Source of the DNA: a virus
Length of the DNA: 17,346 nucleotides
Strand: one strand, 5' to 3'
UHGV virus genome: UHGV-1699866
Shown: positions 1 to 9,064 of the stretch, piece after piece
Layout of the letters: each line of letters begins with the position of its first letter
How positions within the stretch are numbered: the first letter of the stretch is position 1
Notes under the pieces: model-generated
The model's database searches: none
What the model was told of the DNA's origin: nothing
The model's input: the letters and a program-made list of their open reading frames with translations, nothing else
Program-made: the position numbers and the translations under genes

Positions 1-82
1 ATTATACATTCACGTTGCCAGAGGATATTTTAAAAGGGGAACTGAGAGCTCTAAATTTAAATATAAACAACGAATTATCTCC

Positions 83-772
83 TTAACGTACGTTTTCGTT
101 CCATTGGCCCTCAAACCCCTTTAACTCCTCCTGAGCACGTTTTACTGCAAGAACATTTTTCCGTGCTTCAGCCAACGCATTTTTATAGCTGTTAATTTTA
201 TCAATACGTTGTTTTTCTAATGCCCGGTTAAGTTCCTCCTGCTGTTTTTTCACTTGCTGAACATTTGCTCTGGCTAAAGCCAAAGCCGTTCTGTAGCGGT
301 TAACCTGCTCAACGCTACGGGCCTGAGCCTCACGATTACGATCAATGCTGGCTTTAAGCTCTTTCTCTCTTGAGGCCAAAGCTCTGGCAGATGTATCAGC
401 TCCCTGATAGGCAGACTTTAAAGCGGCCAGTTCTTCACGCTGAGAACGTAGTGATGCTCGTAAATTTGATGAATGTGTTTTTGCCTTCTCAAAGTCACGA
501 AGCATCGCTCTGGTTGGATTGGCCGTGTTTTTTATTTGCTTCTGTAACTCTTCAACGCGAGCGGCAGCTTTATGATATTCGAGGGCAGTCTGTCCAACCT
601 TTACTTTTACAGATTGTAGCTTTTGAATTTCCCCATGTTCTTTCGTTAATCCAGCAAGCTCTGCATTTAATTTAGCAACAGCCTGATTAGCTGTAGTAAA
701 ACTTTTGGGGAGAGAGGCGGCAACTTTGCCGCCAATTTCAAAAGCCAGCTTAAAGTTCTTATTGCTGGCCAT
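83..772 (-). CDS. Coiled-coil protein at the tape-measure position; probable N-terminal fragment of a tail tape measure protein (229 aa)
   Basis: Directly downstream of the chaperone pair; A/K/E/Q/R-rich heptad-like sequence typical of tape-measure N-termini; far shorter than expected for a sheath of 487 aa. Confidence 0.4.
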   Translation of the reverse strand: MASNKNFKLAFEIGGKVAASLPKSFTTANQAVAKLNAELAGLTKEHGEIQKLQSVKVKVGQTALEYHKAAARVEELQKQIKNTANPTRAMLRDFEKAKTHSSNLRASLRSQREELAALKSAYQGADTSARALASREKELKASIDRNREAQARSVEQVNRYRTALALARANVQQVKKQQEELNRALEKQRIDKINSYKNALAEARKNVLAVKRAQEELKGFEGQWNENVR

Positions 773-777
773 TAGTA

Positions 778-960
778 TTAATCCTCATTAAACACGTCAA
801 TCCATGCGACGATTCGCCTCAACCGAAGCGAAAGCCAGTAGGATATAGGTGTTGATTGAGATGATTGAGATAGAGAACTCGCGGCCCTCATTATTTGCTT
901 ATCAATAGGTTTTTGCTCATCAAAACCTACGAGAGCAAAAAATTCTGTACCTTTTGACAA
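778..960 (-). CDS. Frameshift extension of the tail assembly chaperone (lambda GT-like / P2 E+E'-like); likely expressed only as a -1 fusion
   Basis: No ATG (track start is TTG); overlaps the 3' end of ORF 927..1208 in the -1 frame; a slippery heptamer lies in the overlap. Confidence 0.45.
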   Translation of the reverse strand: MSKGTEFFALVGFDEQKPIDKQIMRAASSLSQSSQSTPISYWLSLRLRRIVAWIDVFNED

Positions 961-1208
961 ACTTTAACAAAGTCTTTCGCTGGTAATCCATTCAGATACT
1001 CTATTGGACGACCAATACAGCGAGCAGCCAAGGCTGCATGGACTTTATTATCAAGTGATGTTTGAACTGAAACATGCCCTTGAGATTGCAGTAAGTCCGA
1101 TACCTCTAAAATATCACTGCCTTTTAGGTTGTCTAAATCAAGGTTGAGTTCAGTCACCGGCTCAAAGTCTTCAAAACGATATTCTTTACTTAATTTAACG
1201 GTTTCCAT
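927..1208 (-). CDS. Tail assembly chaperone (upstream ORF of the frameshift pair)
   Basis: Small acidic protein between tube and tape-measure genes; conserved position of G/GT-type chaperones. Confidence 0.55.
   Translation of the reverse strand: METVKLSKEYRFEDFEPVTELNLDLDNLKGSDILEVSDLLQSQGHVSVQTSLDNKVHAALAARCIGRPIEYLNGLPAKDFVKVCQKVQNFLLS
936..942 (-). promoter_or_regulatory. Candidate -1 programmed ribosomal frameshift site T_TTT_TTG
   Basis: Minus-strand codons AAT TTT TTG CTC TCG TAG end the 93-aa ORF; a -1 slip on TTTTTTG enters the frame encoding ...FFALVGFDEQ... of ORF 778..960. Confidence 0.5.
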
Positions 1209-1217
1209 TTTGTCACC

Positions 1218-1739
1218 TTATAAACCTAAATCATCACGAACGCTTTTTAATATATCTTCACCATCAAAGATACAAATAAAGTTCAACTTATCAATTTCCA
1301 GGACTTCTTTTCCATCAATAAATAATTTGATATAGAGAACTTCAAATTCATTCTCTGAATCAGTAGCCTTTGCCACCTGTAGCGAACCTAAATCCAGTTT
1401 TTTAGGGTTTAGCTTCATTGAAGCCCGAATAGGAACCGTTTTATATTTTCCTGTTCCTGCATCATAAACCTGCTGGCTACCGCGAAAATCTACCTGATGC
1501 GATGAGGATAGAAATAATTTTGTACCAGCAGAGGTCAGAGTTCGCCATTTAAGAGAGACAGTCATTGGTTTGAAATGCCCCAGCGTTCCGCTCTCAAGCT
1601 CTCCAGCGATACCTGCACCACTAACAGTTTCTGTCATCATCTCAATTGATGGCAGCTTTGCGTCAGCAACACCGATAATACGGTTTCCTTCACCGTATAC
1701 TGTAAAGTTAATAAGTCTCTCAGGAATTTGATTGCTCAA
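1218..1739 (-). CDS. Tail tube protein (contractile tail)
   Basis: 173-aa ORF immediately downstream of the sheath gene, the conserved tube position and size in Mu/P2-like tails. Confidence 0.6.
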   Translation of the reverse strand: MSNQIPERLINFTVYGEGNRIIGVADAKLPSIEMMTETVSGAGIAGELESGTLGHFKPMTVSLKWRTLTSAGTKLFLSSSHQVDFRGSQQVYDAGTGKYKTVPIRASMKLNPKKLDLGSLQVAKATDSENEFEVLYIKLFIDGKEVLEIDKLNFICIFDGEDILKSVRDDLGL

Positions 1740-1755
1740 AGCAACCTCCTATTAT

Positions 1756-3219
1756 TTATTCAGAAAACAAGTTCAGCAGATAATCAGGATTATATTCCAT
1801 GACGAACTCTATATCTCTGGCAGGTGAGAATGGTGTCATTTTTACATGGAATTTAACAATCCCGTCCATCAATGACGTAATCGTGTTTTCAGACTGATCA
1901 AAGGTAACAACACCACCTGCAATATCCTGATTACCAGTGAGGCCGTTAAGCCAAATATTCGCACTAGTAACAATCGATTCAATTAATCGACGGTTTGCAG
2001 GATTGTCTATTTTTGACCAATGCGAAAGAATTAACGTATTACCCACCCAGTTAAACATACGTCGGCAAACACGAAATGCGTCTTTGGGGTCTGTAGATGT
2101 TGGATAAATAGCATTACGGTTTCCCCATGATTTCCAACCATCAAAATTAAGGCTTGTTACAATCCCCTGTCCATTTAAGTAGTTTGCCTGGCTAATGTTA
2201 AGCCATACCTCACTGCCATCTTTACGTACAGCACCGTCCATCTGTAGTTTTATATTTGACGGAGAACGTGATGGAATATCACCATACTGACTATCCAGCA
2301 AGCATGTTGCTGCCGCTAAATGGGTTGAGTGATGGTAAATATTGTCACCAAGTTTCACCATCGGCCAGCACACTGTCTGGTTAGCTGCCATATGATTATT
2401 GTTCTGCTTCCATTCAGGAACAGCAGAATAATCACTGATAGTAGATTTATCAGTCGGCGCATCGGTGATAGCTTCTGCTTTGAACAATTCACTAATCAGC
2501 GCAGCTTTAGCCGCCATTAGCTGGCCAACTTCACTATCAGAACTAAATCCAGGCGCAATCACTTGTCCTGGAACTAGTTTGAAGCGGGGATAAACATCCG
2601 ACAGTAACTCAAGCCCCGTATTCGCTTTAGTGTTGGAATCCACACCACCAATAATATCGTTTTTAGTTACAGCCCCGGGATCAAGATGCGTATAACTAAC
2701 CTTAAGAGTGGCGTCTTTTTCAGTAATTTTTCCTCCGCTAATAGCGGTAATGACCGTATAGCCATTATCATCCAGCGCCAGTACATAATCTGTATCAACC
2801 GTTAACCCTGGAGAATCACCATCTGCTTTTTTCACAACAACAGATTTATATAAGACACCATCGTTAGAGAGCGTACCTTTCCCGCCAGAAAGTTTTACTA
2901 CCTCATCAGTTACGTCTTTCTTATGCTTTGCTGGATCAAGCACATTGATAAATACAACTGGCGCAACACCATATATTCCAAATGCGACTTTAATTACTTC
3001 GCTTAAAGTATATTTCTCGAAGTTTGTGCTATATCCTATTTTAGATACGGCCTCTGCGTATGTATAAGCAATGATAGGTTTATTTACCGCTGAGGCTGGA
3101 TCTTCTAACTGATTAACAGGAGTTGTACCAAATGCGACAATCAACCCAGCACTAACTTGTACTGGAGGAGTTATAGATGTAGCCAGCTCAGATATATAAA
3201 TACCGTGGCGATATCCCAT
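1756..3219 (-). CDS. Tail sheath protein
   Basis: 487 aa; size, position upstream of tube, and overall sequence character consistent with myovirus sheath proteins (Mu gpL-like). Confidence 0.8.
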   Translation of the reverse strand: MGYRHGIYISELATSITPPVQVSAGLIVAFGTTPVNQLEDPASAVNKPIIAYTYAEAVSKIGYSTNFEKYTLSEVIKVAFGIYGVAPVVFINVLDPAKHKKDVTDEVVKLSGGKGTLSNDGVLYKSVVVKKADGDSPGLTVDTDYVLALDDNGYTVITAISGGKITEKDATLKVSYTHLDPGAVTKNDIIGGVDSNTKANTGLELLSDVYPRFKLVPGQVIAPGFSSDSEVGQLMAAKAALISELFKAEAITDAPTDKSTISDYSAVPEWKQNNNHMAANQTVCWPMVKLGDNIYHHSTHLAAATCLLDSQYGDIPSRSPSNIKLQMDGAVRKDGSEVWLNISQANYLNGQGIVTSLNFDGWKSWGNRNAIYPTSTDPKDAFRVCRRMFNWVGNTLILSHWSKIDNPANRRLIESIVTSANIWLNGLTGNQDIAGGVVTFDQSENTITSLMDGIVKFHVKMTPFSPARDIEFVMEYNPDYLLNLFSE

Positions 3220-3509
3220 TATTTAATCTCCATGATAGAAGAAGAAACTCTAGAGTACATTACATACTCGACACTGGTTTTATCAGAAAGTCTTTTTTCT
3301 GCATCTGAAAAATCACTGGTTGCCACAAACAAACACTTTGCACCAGGAATATGTGATATTAATTTTTCACACTCTGGAGATAAGCCATTCTTAAATAGTT
3401 TATGCTTCAAAATTGAGAGTTGAGGGATTGTTGGCCCTATATATACAAATGTTTGAGCAACATCTTCCTTCTTTTCTATATCTTCTTTACTACTTTTCTT
3501 ATTAGCCAT
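3219..3509 (-). CDS. Small Lys-rich hypothetical protein (96 aa), markedly AT-rich gene
   Basis: AGGAG 9 nt upstream of ATG; stop overlaps the sheath ATG (TAATG); local GC clearly below the flanking genes (about one third in a 60-nt sample counted by hand). Confidence 0.45.
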   Translation of the reverse strand: MANKKSSKEDIEKKEDVAQTFVYIGPTIPQLSILKHKLFKNGLSPECEKLISHIPGAKCLFVATSDFSDAEKRLSDKTSVEYVMYSRVSSSIMEIK

Positions 3510-3995
3510 TTAGATAAACTCCTGAGACTGAATATTCTGAGGCTTTAATACTAGCCACGTTCCAGTTGCTTCCGTTATCCAATATGGATATGGTTGATCA
3601 TCAAACATTCGCCATCTGATATCACCCTGAAAGAGAAATTTCTCTTCAAGTAAAGGCTTCTCCTGAAAATGAAACATCATCCTTTCAAGAAGAGCCATTA
3701 CCCATTCATATCCAGTATGGTCCTCACAAAAACCACCTAGAAGAAACTTAACCTTAACTTCATCCGTTTCAGGCTGCATTCCTCCTTCCGTGGGCCTGAT
3801 AATCACATGAGGAAATTCTGGCGGTTTATCTGGAGATGGTTGTGATTTAGGAGGCAAGTACCCTTTAAATATTGTTGGAACAAACAATTTAATATCGCTG
3901 TCTGTTTCATCATAAGGAGGCCCCTGCACTAATAAATCATGGAAAACCTCATGTTCCAACCGATTTTTTATTGCATCTATCAAAAGATTAATCAA
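3510..3995 (-). CDS. Hypothetical virion protein (neck / tail-completion by position)
   Basis: 161-aa ORF between head-completion genes and the sheath; coupled to neighbours by overlapping stop/start. Confidence 0.4.
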   Translation of the reverse strand: MINLLIDAIKNRLEHEVFHDLLVQGPPYDETDSDIKLFVPTIFKGYLPPKSQPSPDKPPEFPHVIIRPTEGGMQPETDEVKVKFLLGGFCEDHTGYEWVMALLERMMFHFQEKPLLEEKFLFQGDIRWRMFDDQPYPYWITEATGTWLVLKPQNIQSQEFI

Positions 3996-4336
3996 ATCGG
4001 CATTCCTCTGTTAGTATTAACAGTGAGAGTTATTTCCAATACACCAACATTATCTGATACTTCATCAACAATATAATTTTTACCGTTGATTTTCATTGAC
4101 TGGTCTTTGACAGGGAGAACAGGAAAATCTTTTCTTGAAACAAATAATATTATTTGCCCCTGATTTATTCCCTCTGCAAACTCAGCATATGAGCGTTTAT
4201 TCCGCTCATGAATAAGGTCTGTATCAATAACGGCAAGGATATCCTTGCCGTCTATGTTATATGTATCGGCAAACTCTTTTTCATTGAGGAATATTGCAGA
4301 AATATCTTGCGCTATAACCTCTTTGAAGGAGTTCAT
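3992..4336 (-). CDS. Putative head-tail adaptor / head closure protein (lambda FII-like by size and position)
   Basis: 114 aa, located after the capsid gene and a small ORF; ATGA-type overlap with the upstream gene. Confidence 0.4.
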   Translation of the reverse strand: MNSFKEVIAQDISAIFLNEKEFADTYNIDGKDILAVIDTDLIHERNKRSYAEFAEGINQGQIILFVSRKDFPVLPVKDQSMKINGKNYIVDEVSDNVGVLEITLTVNTNRGMPI

Positions 4337-4728
4337 TACTTCTTATTACCTTTTTTTTGCGTTGATTTTTTCGCATTACTGGTATCAGAAGTAGCTACAG
4401 ATTCAGATGAATCATCAGCAACCATTTCCTCATTGCCGCCATCATCCTCAAACTCAACCTCGAATACACAGCTACCCGCCTCCGTTCGCGTAATCAACCC
4501 CGCGTCCACAGCATCATTAACAGCAGATGCGTATCCATGCTCAAAAGCTAACTTAGCAGCATCATAGCCCCCAGCCGATGCCAAATCACCATCCTCTTCG
4601 GTGGCAATAGCATGTCCTGACGCAATCAGTTCGGCAATTCTGGAGTTATCCATTAGCCCATTAAGCAAACGGCCCGCTTTTAGCGAGCCGTGGCTTATCG
4701 TATCAATGTTTTTAATCAGTCTGGCCAT
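4336..4728 (-). CDS. Hypothetical head-associated protein (130 aa), acidic with Lys-rich C-terminal tail
   Basis: Immediately downstream of the major capsid gene (lambda Fi position); no motif recognised. Confidence 0.4.
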   Translation of the reverse strand: MARLIKNIDTISHGSLKAGRLLNGLMDNSRIAELIASGHAIATEEDGDLASAGGYDAAKLAFEHGYASAVNDAVDAGLITRTEAGSCVFEVEFEDDGGNEEMVADDSSESVATSDTSNAKKSTQKKGNKK

Positions 4729-5772
4729 TTAAACCACCTTAGCCACCAGATAGGCATCAGCCACACCAGGATTAGGCAGTGGAGATGACTTCATGGCAAC
4801 ATAACGGCCAGCCGGCTTACGAGTTACCCAAGTGTCTGGAACTCGTGGTGACTCAACAATCGTTAGAGTCTTTTCGGCGTCATCTACAAGCTCTACAGCA
4901 CCATACAGCATCGTTCCTCGACCAGGAGAGCCAAAGAGGATCTTATCTTCCGGTACTAATGGTTCAGGTTTTCCTGTTTTATCATTGCGAATAAGTTCGT
5001 CGTAACCATAAAAATCGACACCTTCAAGATTGCCATAATGAGTTACGCCTTCTTCTAACTCTTTAGGCTCAATATACCCAAGCTCTTTTCGGCGATTATC
5101 AAGATATTTAGTTACTGCTTCATTTTTAACGAAGGCATCAACAACTTTTGCGCCCATTACGGCAACACGAGGTGTAAAACCTGAAGTTAGTGATACCCGA
5201 CGTTTCCAGTTGCGAACATTGACTAACGGATCTGATTTTGCTGCACTCCATAAATCATCACCTGTCAGTTCAAGATATGGTTTATCTCCTTCCTCTTCAG
5301 GCCAAAAATAAACTGTGTCATCCACTCCTTCACCAACAATATCAACCTGCCCCGTAAACAAGACTTGTGCACACATCCATTCTTCACGGCGGTTAACCAT
5401 TTCATCAAGCTCAAGCAAATCTTTACCTAATTGCTCGGCGGCTCGTTCTGCTGGCGATTTTGCGTTGTAAATATTCTCACCCGGAAGCCTGTTTAAAAGC
5501 AGCTCGGCTGTTGTTACCAAATCAGGTGCAACAAGTGGTGGCTCCAGAGTTCTCGTTACAAAGCCGCGTCGCTCAACGGTTTTTGAGCCAAAACCTTTAC
5601 CAACAAACGGAGCCATAGTACGGCCACCGCGAACAAAATCCAGATCAACTTTCTTTGTATTAAAGGTCTGAACACCAGGAAAAAAGGTACGAAGAAGAAA
5701 ACGACGAGCCTTGAAATTCTGAATAACAGGCTCAAGCATCGTACGTCGTTCAAAAATATCAATATTCGGCAT
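4729..5772 (-). CDS. Major capsid protein, lambda gpE family
   Basis: 347 aa (lambda gpE is 341 aa); recognisable similarity to gpE segments, e.g. LNRLPGE vs LRRLPDE and C-terminal RVPDTWVTRKPAGRYVAMKSSPLPNP vs RYPKNWVTTGDPAREFTMIQSAPLML. Confidence 0.8.
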   Translation of the reverse strand: MPNIDIFERRTMLEPVIQNFKARRFLLRTFFPGVQTFNTKKVDLDFVRGGRTMAPFVGKGFGSKTVERRGFVTRTLEPPLVAPDLVTTAELLLNRLPGENIYNAKSPAERAAEQLGKDLLELDEMVNRREEWMCAQVLFTGQVDIVGEGVDDTVYFWPEEEGDKPYLELTGDDLWSAAKSDPLVNVRNWKRRVSLTSGFTPRVAVMGAKVVDAFVKNEAVTKYLDNRRKELGYIEPKELEEGVTHYGNLEGVDFYGYDELIRNDKTGKPEPLVPEDKILFGSPGRGTMLYGAVELVDDAEKTLTIVESPRVPDTWVTRKPAGRYVAMKSSPLPNPGVADAYLVAKVV

Positions 5773-5792
5773 AAAAATACGACCTCTTTATA

Positions 5793-6176
5793 TTATGCAG
5801 ATGGATTTTGTTGTGCGGTATTAAGGAATATTCCAACCTTCCGGCAAGCCAGATATACATCGGCAACTTTTGCTGATTCAGGAAGGATAACCGCATGTGC
5901 ATTGAACATTCCGGTCAGCCATGCTGTTCCGACTTGCGCTGAATCAGTCGCATCAATATTGTGTTGAGCGATACAATACGGTTCTTTTGCCTCCCCTTCA
6001 CCAGAGAGATTTATTGGCGCCACAGTGACAACATTTGTTGTCTGATCAATACTGACAAAAGCAAGTAACTCACCCCGTTTTACTTTACCGCTGGCAAGTT
6101 TAATACTTGCTGGAATTGCTGGCATACCACCAGAAATAATCAGATTATCTGGTTCAAATGAAAAAGACTCTCGCAT
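5793..6176 (-). CDS. Putative head decoration protein (lambda D position)
   Basis: 127-aa ORF between protease/scaffold and capsid genes; assignment by position and size only. Confidence 0.45.
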   Translation of the reverse strand: MRESFSFEPDNLIISGGMPAIPASIKLASGKVKRGELLAFVSIDQTTNVVTVAPINLSGEGEAKEPYCIAQHNIDATDSAQVGTAWLTGMFNAHAVILPESAKVADVYLACRKVGIFLNTAQQNPSA

Positions 6177-6185
6177 AAACTCACC

Positions 6186-7274
6186 TTAATTTTTATCGCG
6201 GTTTTTAAATACTGACCCAATAACATTTTTTACTGCTTCAGCCTGTTTGTTGCCGTTGTTTTCTGGTTGATTAACATCAACTGAATCATTCACCTCACTT
6301 GCGTCTTCTTGCCGTTGATTAAGAAAGTTTTTGTTACGCGCTCGCTCTGCATTCATAATTTCCAAAGCAAGTTCAGCCGCAGAAACTCCTGTTTTGAATT
6401 TTGCATTCTTAACCAGGTCGTCATGACCAGGAATCACGCTATTCTCGATTGTTTCAATGCGCTCGCGTTCTGATTTAACGCCCTCGTCTTTACCAGCATT
6501 AAAAACCTGATTGTATAATTCTGGATATTTATTTTTTAATTCATCAAGAGTCACAATATCGTCCTCATTTTGTTCATTTGATTCAGTAGATAACTCATTT
6601 TTATTTTGCGGCAACTTTGCGAGTGAATCAGGTAATTTTGAAAACCTTGATGCTTCAAAAGTTATTCCATTAAGCGAAAGCATCCCTTCCTTTATAGAAG
6701 CGGATAAGCGTATTGGTTTTTCAACTTCGTCAGCAAATCCAAGCTCTACAGCCTCTTCTGCATTTAGCCATGTTTCCTGATCCATTAGTTCAATTAATTT
6801 ATCCTCAGAAAGCCCTGTTTTCTCCTTATATGCAGATAAAATACTATTGCGTATCTTATCCATCATCTCAGCAATATCACGCAATTCATCCGCATCGCCA
6901 GCAGCAAATATCCACGGATTATGGATCATCATCATAGCATTAGATGGGATAATAATTTTATCACCCGCCATTGCAATAATAGTTGCAGCCGATGCAGCAA
7001 TCCCGTCGATATAAACCGTAATATTCGCCTTATGACGCTTTAATGATGAAAGAATAGCTTGAGCAGTAAAAACAGAACCACCATAACTATTAATTTTTAC
7101 GTTGATAGTATTTGATGAAATATCCTTTAATTTATTAACTATGTCAGAAGAAGAAACCTCATCAAATTCACCAATATACCCGTAAATTAAAAGTTCAGCC
7201 GGAGAGTCATCTTCACCCGTGCTATTTTTTATTTCCCACCAATTAGGCATCATCAGTCTCCATATTTTGTTCAT
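6186..7274 (-). CDS. Head maturation protease (ClpP/S49-like serine protease) with C-terminal scaffold-like domain
   Basis: ClpP-like motifs GIAASAATIIAMAGD (catalytic Ser) and MMMIHNPW (His); C-terminal half is charged, low-complexity and coiled-coil-like, as in the lambda C/Nu3 arrangement. Confidence 0.75.
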   Translation of the reverse strand: MNKIWRLMMPNWWEIKNSTGEDDSPAELLIYGYIGEFDEVSSSDIVNKLKDISSNTINVKINSYGGSVFTAQAILSSLKRHKANITVYIDGIAASAATIIAMAGDKIIIPSNAMMMIHNPWIFAAGDADELRDIAEMMDKIRNSILSAYKEKTGLSEDKLIELMDQETWLNAEEAVELGFADEVEKPIRLSASIKEGMLSLNGITFEASRFSKLPDSLAKLPQNKNELSTESNEQNEDDIVTLDELKNKYPELYNQVFNAGKDEGVKSERERIETIENSVIPGHDDLVKNAKFKTGVSAAELALEIMNAERARNKNFLNQRQEDASEVNDSVDVNQPENNGNKQAEAVKNVIGSVFKNRDKN

Positions 7275-8817
7275 TTACCTCAGAAACAGGAGGTGTAATA
7301 AGCCCCAACTCACGGCGAGCATTCTCTTCTCTGCCACAGATTTGTGCGGTTTCTTCCCAGTTAAGACCTGACATTTCAGCCGCTTCTTTTTCACGGGTAG
7401 AGAATGTTTCCTCAACACGCAGTTTTGCAGCTTTGACTTCTTTAAGGGGATCTAATTGGCCTTGTGATGGGCCATACCATTGAGCGCCACTCCATGCAGC
7501 GCGATATTCAGGCCCATAAAAAAAACCAGGGGCAATAACACGACCTTTAGCAACGGCTTCGGCCAACCATTCCTCATAGATCGGTTGGCAAAATGACTGA
7601 ACCATCCAGTCACGTCGCATACGGAACATTTTCCAGGCTTCAAGTAATGCGGCCCTGCTTGCGCTATAACTTGCTGTAAAATGCTTTACCAAGAGTTCGT
7701 AAGGGAGTTCTAAAGCAGCCCCAATTTGACGGCATATGGCGACAACAAAACCATCAAATGCCGTATTTGGTCGCCCGGGATTTGCTGTATCTATCGACTC
7801 ACCTTCACCCAAACTTACTATGGAGCCATTCCCCATTTCTTGGGTGTTATTATCATGGTTATCGATCTGCTCGTACTGAGGGATACCCGATTCACCGACT
7901 GGCCCATCAGGAGCGTCTGTTTTAATAAAGACAGTAAACATCCCTGACACAACCGCAGCAACCAATTCAGCATCGGTGTATCGTCCTAACTGCTTCAATG
8001 CTTCAATTACAGGAGCAAGGACAGGAACGCCACGGCGTTGCCCAGGCCTTTCAAAATCCTGCATGACATGCAGAATATTTCTTCTTCCTGTTTTACTCCC
8101 ATATGCGGGAATACGTTCCCACTTGCGGGTTACAAAACCAGAAGTCCCGGCTGGGTGATGTTTTGCAACCCAGTACGCCACAGGCTCGCTAAATTCACCA
8201 ACCTCTACGCCACCGTAAAGATTTGGTATAAAACGATCCTCTGGATTGCAAACACGATCACCTTCAATTAAATAGACGCACAAATCATATATAACACCCT
8301 TACGCTTAATAACTGGTAGCGCAGCAAATATATCGCCAGATGTTAACGCAGATATTTGGACCAATGATTGCAATTGTCCAAAAGTACACATTCTTGATGC
8401 ATCACAATTTGGAGAATCAGCCCATAATCTAAACTCACGCTCAACATGCTTTTCCCATGCTCGCGCTTCTTCCTGCGTCATCCCCAAGAAATCGGCATCA
8501 ATGTTCGCATTTAGTTTTAAACCGGAACCAACAACGTTTGTCCTGATAGTTTTTATTGCGCCAACAGATAGCGGGTTTCCCATGAAGAGATCACGAGAAC
8601 GCTCACGCAATTTATCTATATTTTTAACAATATCATCATCAGGAGAACCAGCTTTACTAAACCAACCCCTTAATGATTTTTTATGAGTGCTTGCACCATG
8701 ACGTGAATATCCAAGGTTATTAATACCTTCAAGTGCTTCTAACCGTTTTCTTGCCAAAGCTCGATTTAATGCCCTCTGAGGTGAAAACGGCGCAATAACT
8801 CGATCAAGAATATTCAT
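7243..8817 (-). CDS. Portal protein (lambda gpB family)
   Basis: 524 aa (lambda gpB is 533 aa); lies between the W-like gene and the protease; 32-nt overlap with the protease gene. Confidence 0.8.
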   Translation of the reverse strand: MNILDRVIAPFSPQRALNRALARKRLEALEGINNLGYSRHGASTHKKSLRGWFSKAGSPDDDIVKNIDKLRERSRDLFMGNPLSVGAIKTIRTNVVGSGLKLNANIDADFLGMTQEEARAWEKHVEREFRLWADSPNCDASRMCTFGQLQSLVQISALTSGDIFAALPVIKRKGVIYDLCVYLIEGDRVCNPEDRFIPNLYGGVEVGEFSEPVAYWVAKHHPAGTSGFVTRKWERIPAYGSKTGRRNILHVMQDFERPGQRRGVPVLAPVIEALKQLGRYTDAELVAAVVSGMFTVFIKTDAPDGPVGESGIPQYEQIDNHDNNTQEMGNGSIVSLGEGESIDTANPGRPNTAFDGFVVAICRQIGAALELPYELLVKHFTASYSASRAALLEAWKMFRMRRDWMVQSFCQPIYEEWLAEAVAKGRVIAPGFFYGPEYRAAWSGAQWYGPSQGQLDPLKEVKAAKLRVEETFSTREKEAAEMSGLNWEETAQICGREENARRELGLITPPVSEVNEQNMETDDA

Positions 8818-9053
8818 AAATCTCTTATCACCACTCGTTTAATTCGTGGGCCTCGGCGTACACCTGCTGATAATCTTTCTACTTCATTACGCCAGTAATC
8901 CATCTCTTTTCTGACTTCTGATAAATCCGCACGAGTTAACTGCCGCGTACCAAATTTATATGACTGACCGCCAATAGCAATAGCGCGATATGCTTCCCGC
9001 CAGACAGATAACATCTCTCTGGCTTCAGTCAGAGAAAATGCTTCATTGTTCAT
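8814..9053 (-). CDS. Head completion / head-tail joining protein, lambda gpW family
   Basis: 79 aa between terminase large subunit and portal; C-terminal ...GVRRGPRIKR resembles the gpW ...QRRRGPAGF region. Confidence 0.6.
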   Translation of the reverse strand: MNNEAFSLTEAREMLSVWREAYRAIAIGGQSYKFGTRQLTRADLSEVRKEMDYWRNEVERLSAGVRRGPRIKRVVIRDL

Positions 9054-9064
9054 TTATATTTCCT

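Noticed and set aside
5556-5762. Nested alternative-frame minus-strand ORFs (5556..5762, 7452..7643, 9490..9687, 10872..11153, 11462..11668, 12450..12725, 13068..13277, 13369..13557, 14332..14538)
   Set aside because: Each is contained in or overlaps a longer, functionally recognisable ORF in another frame; no independent support.
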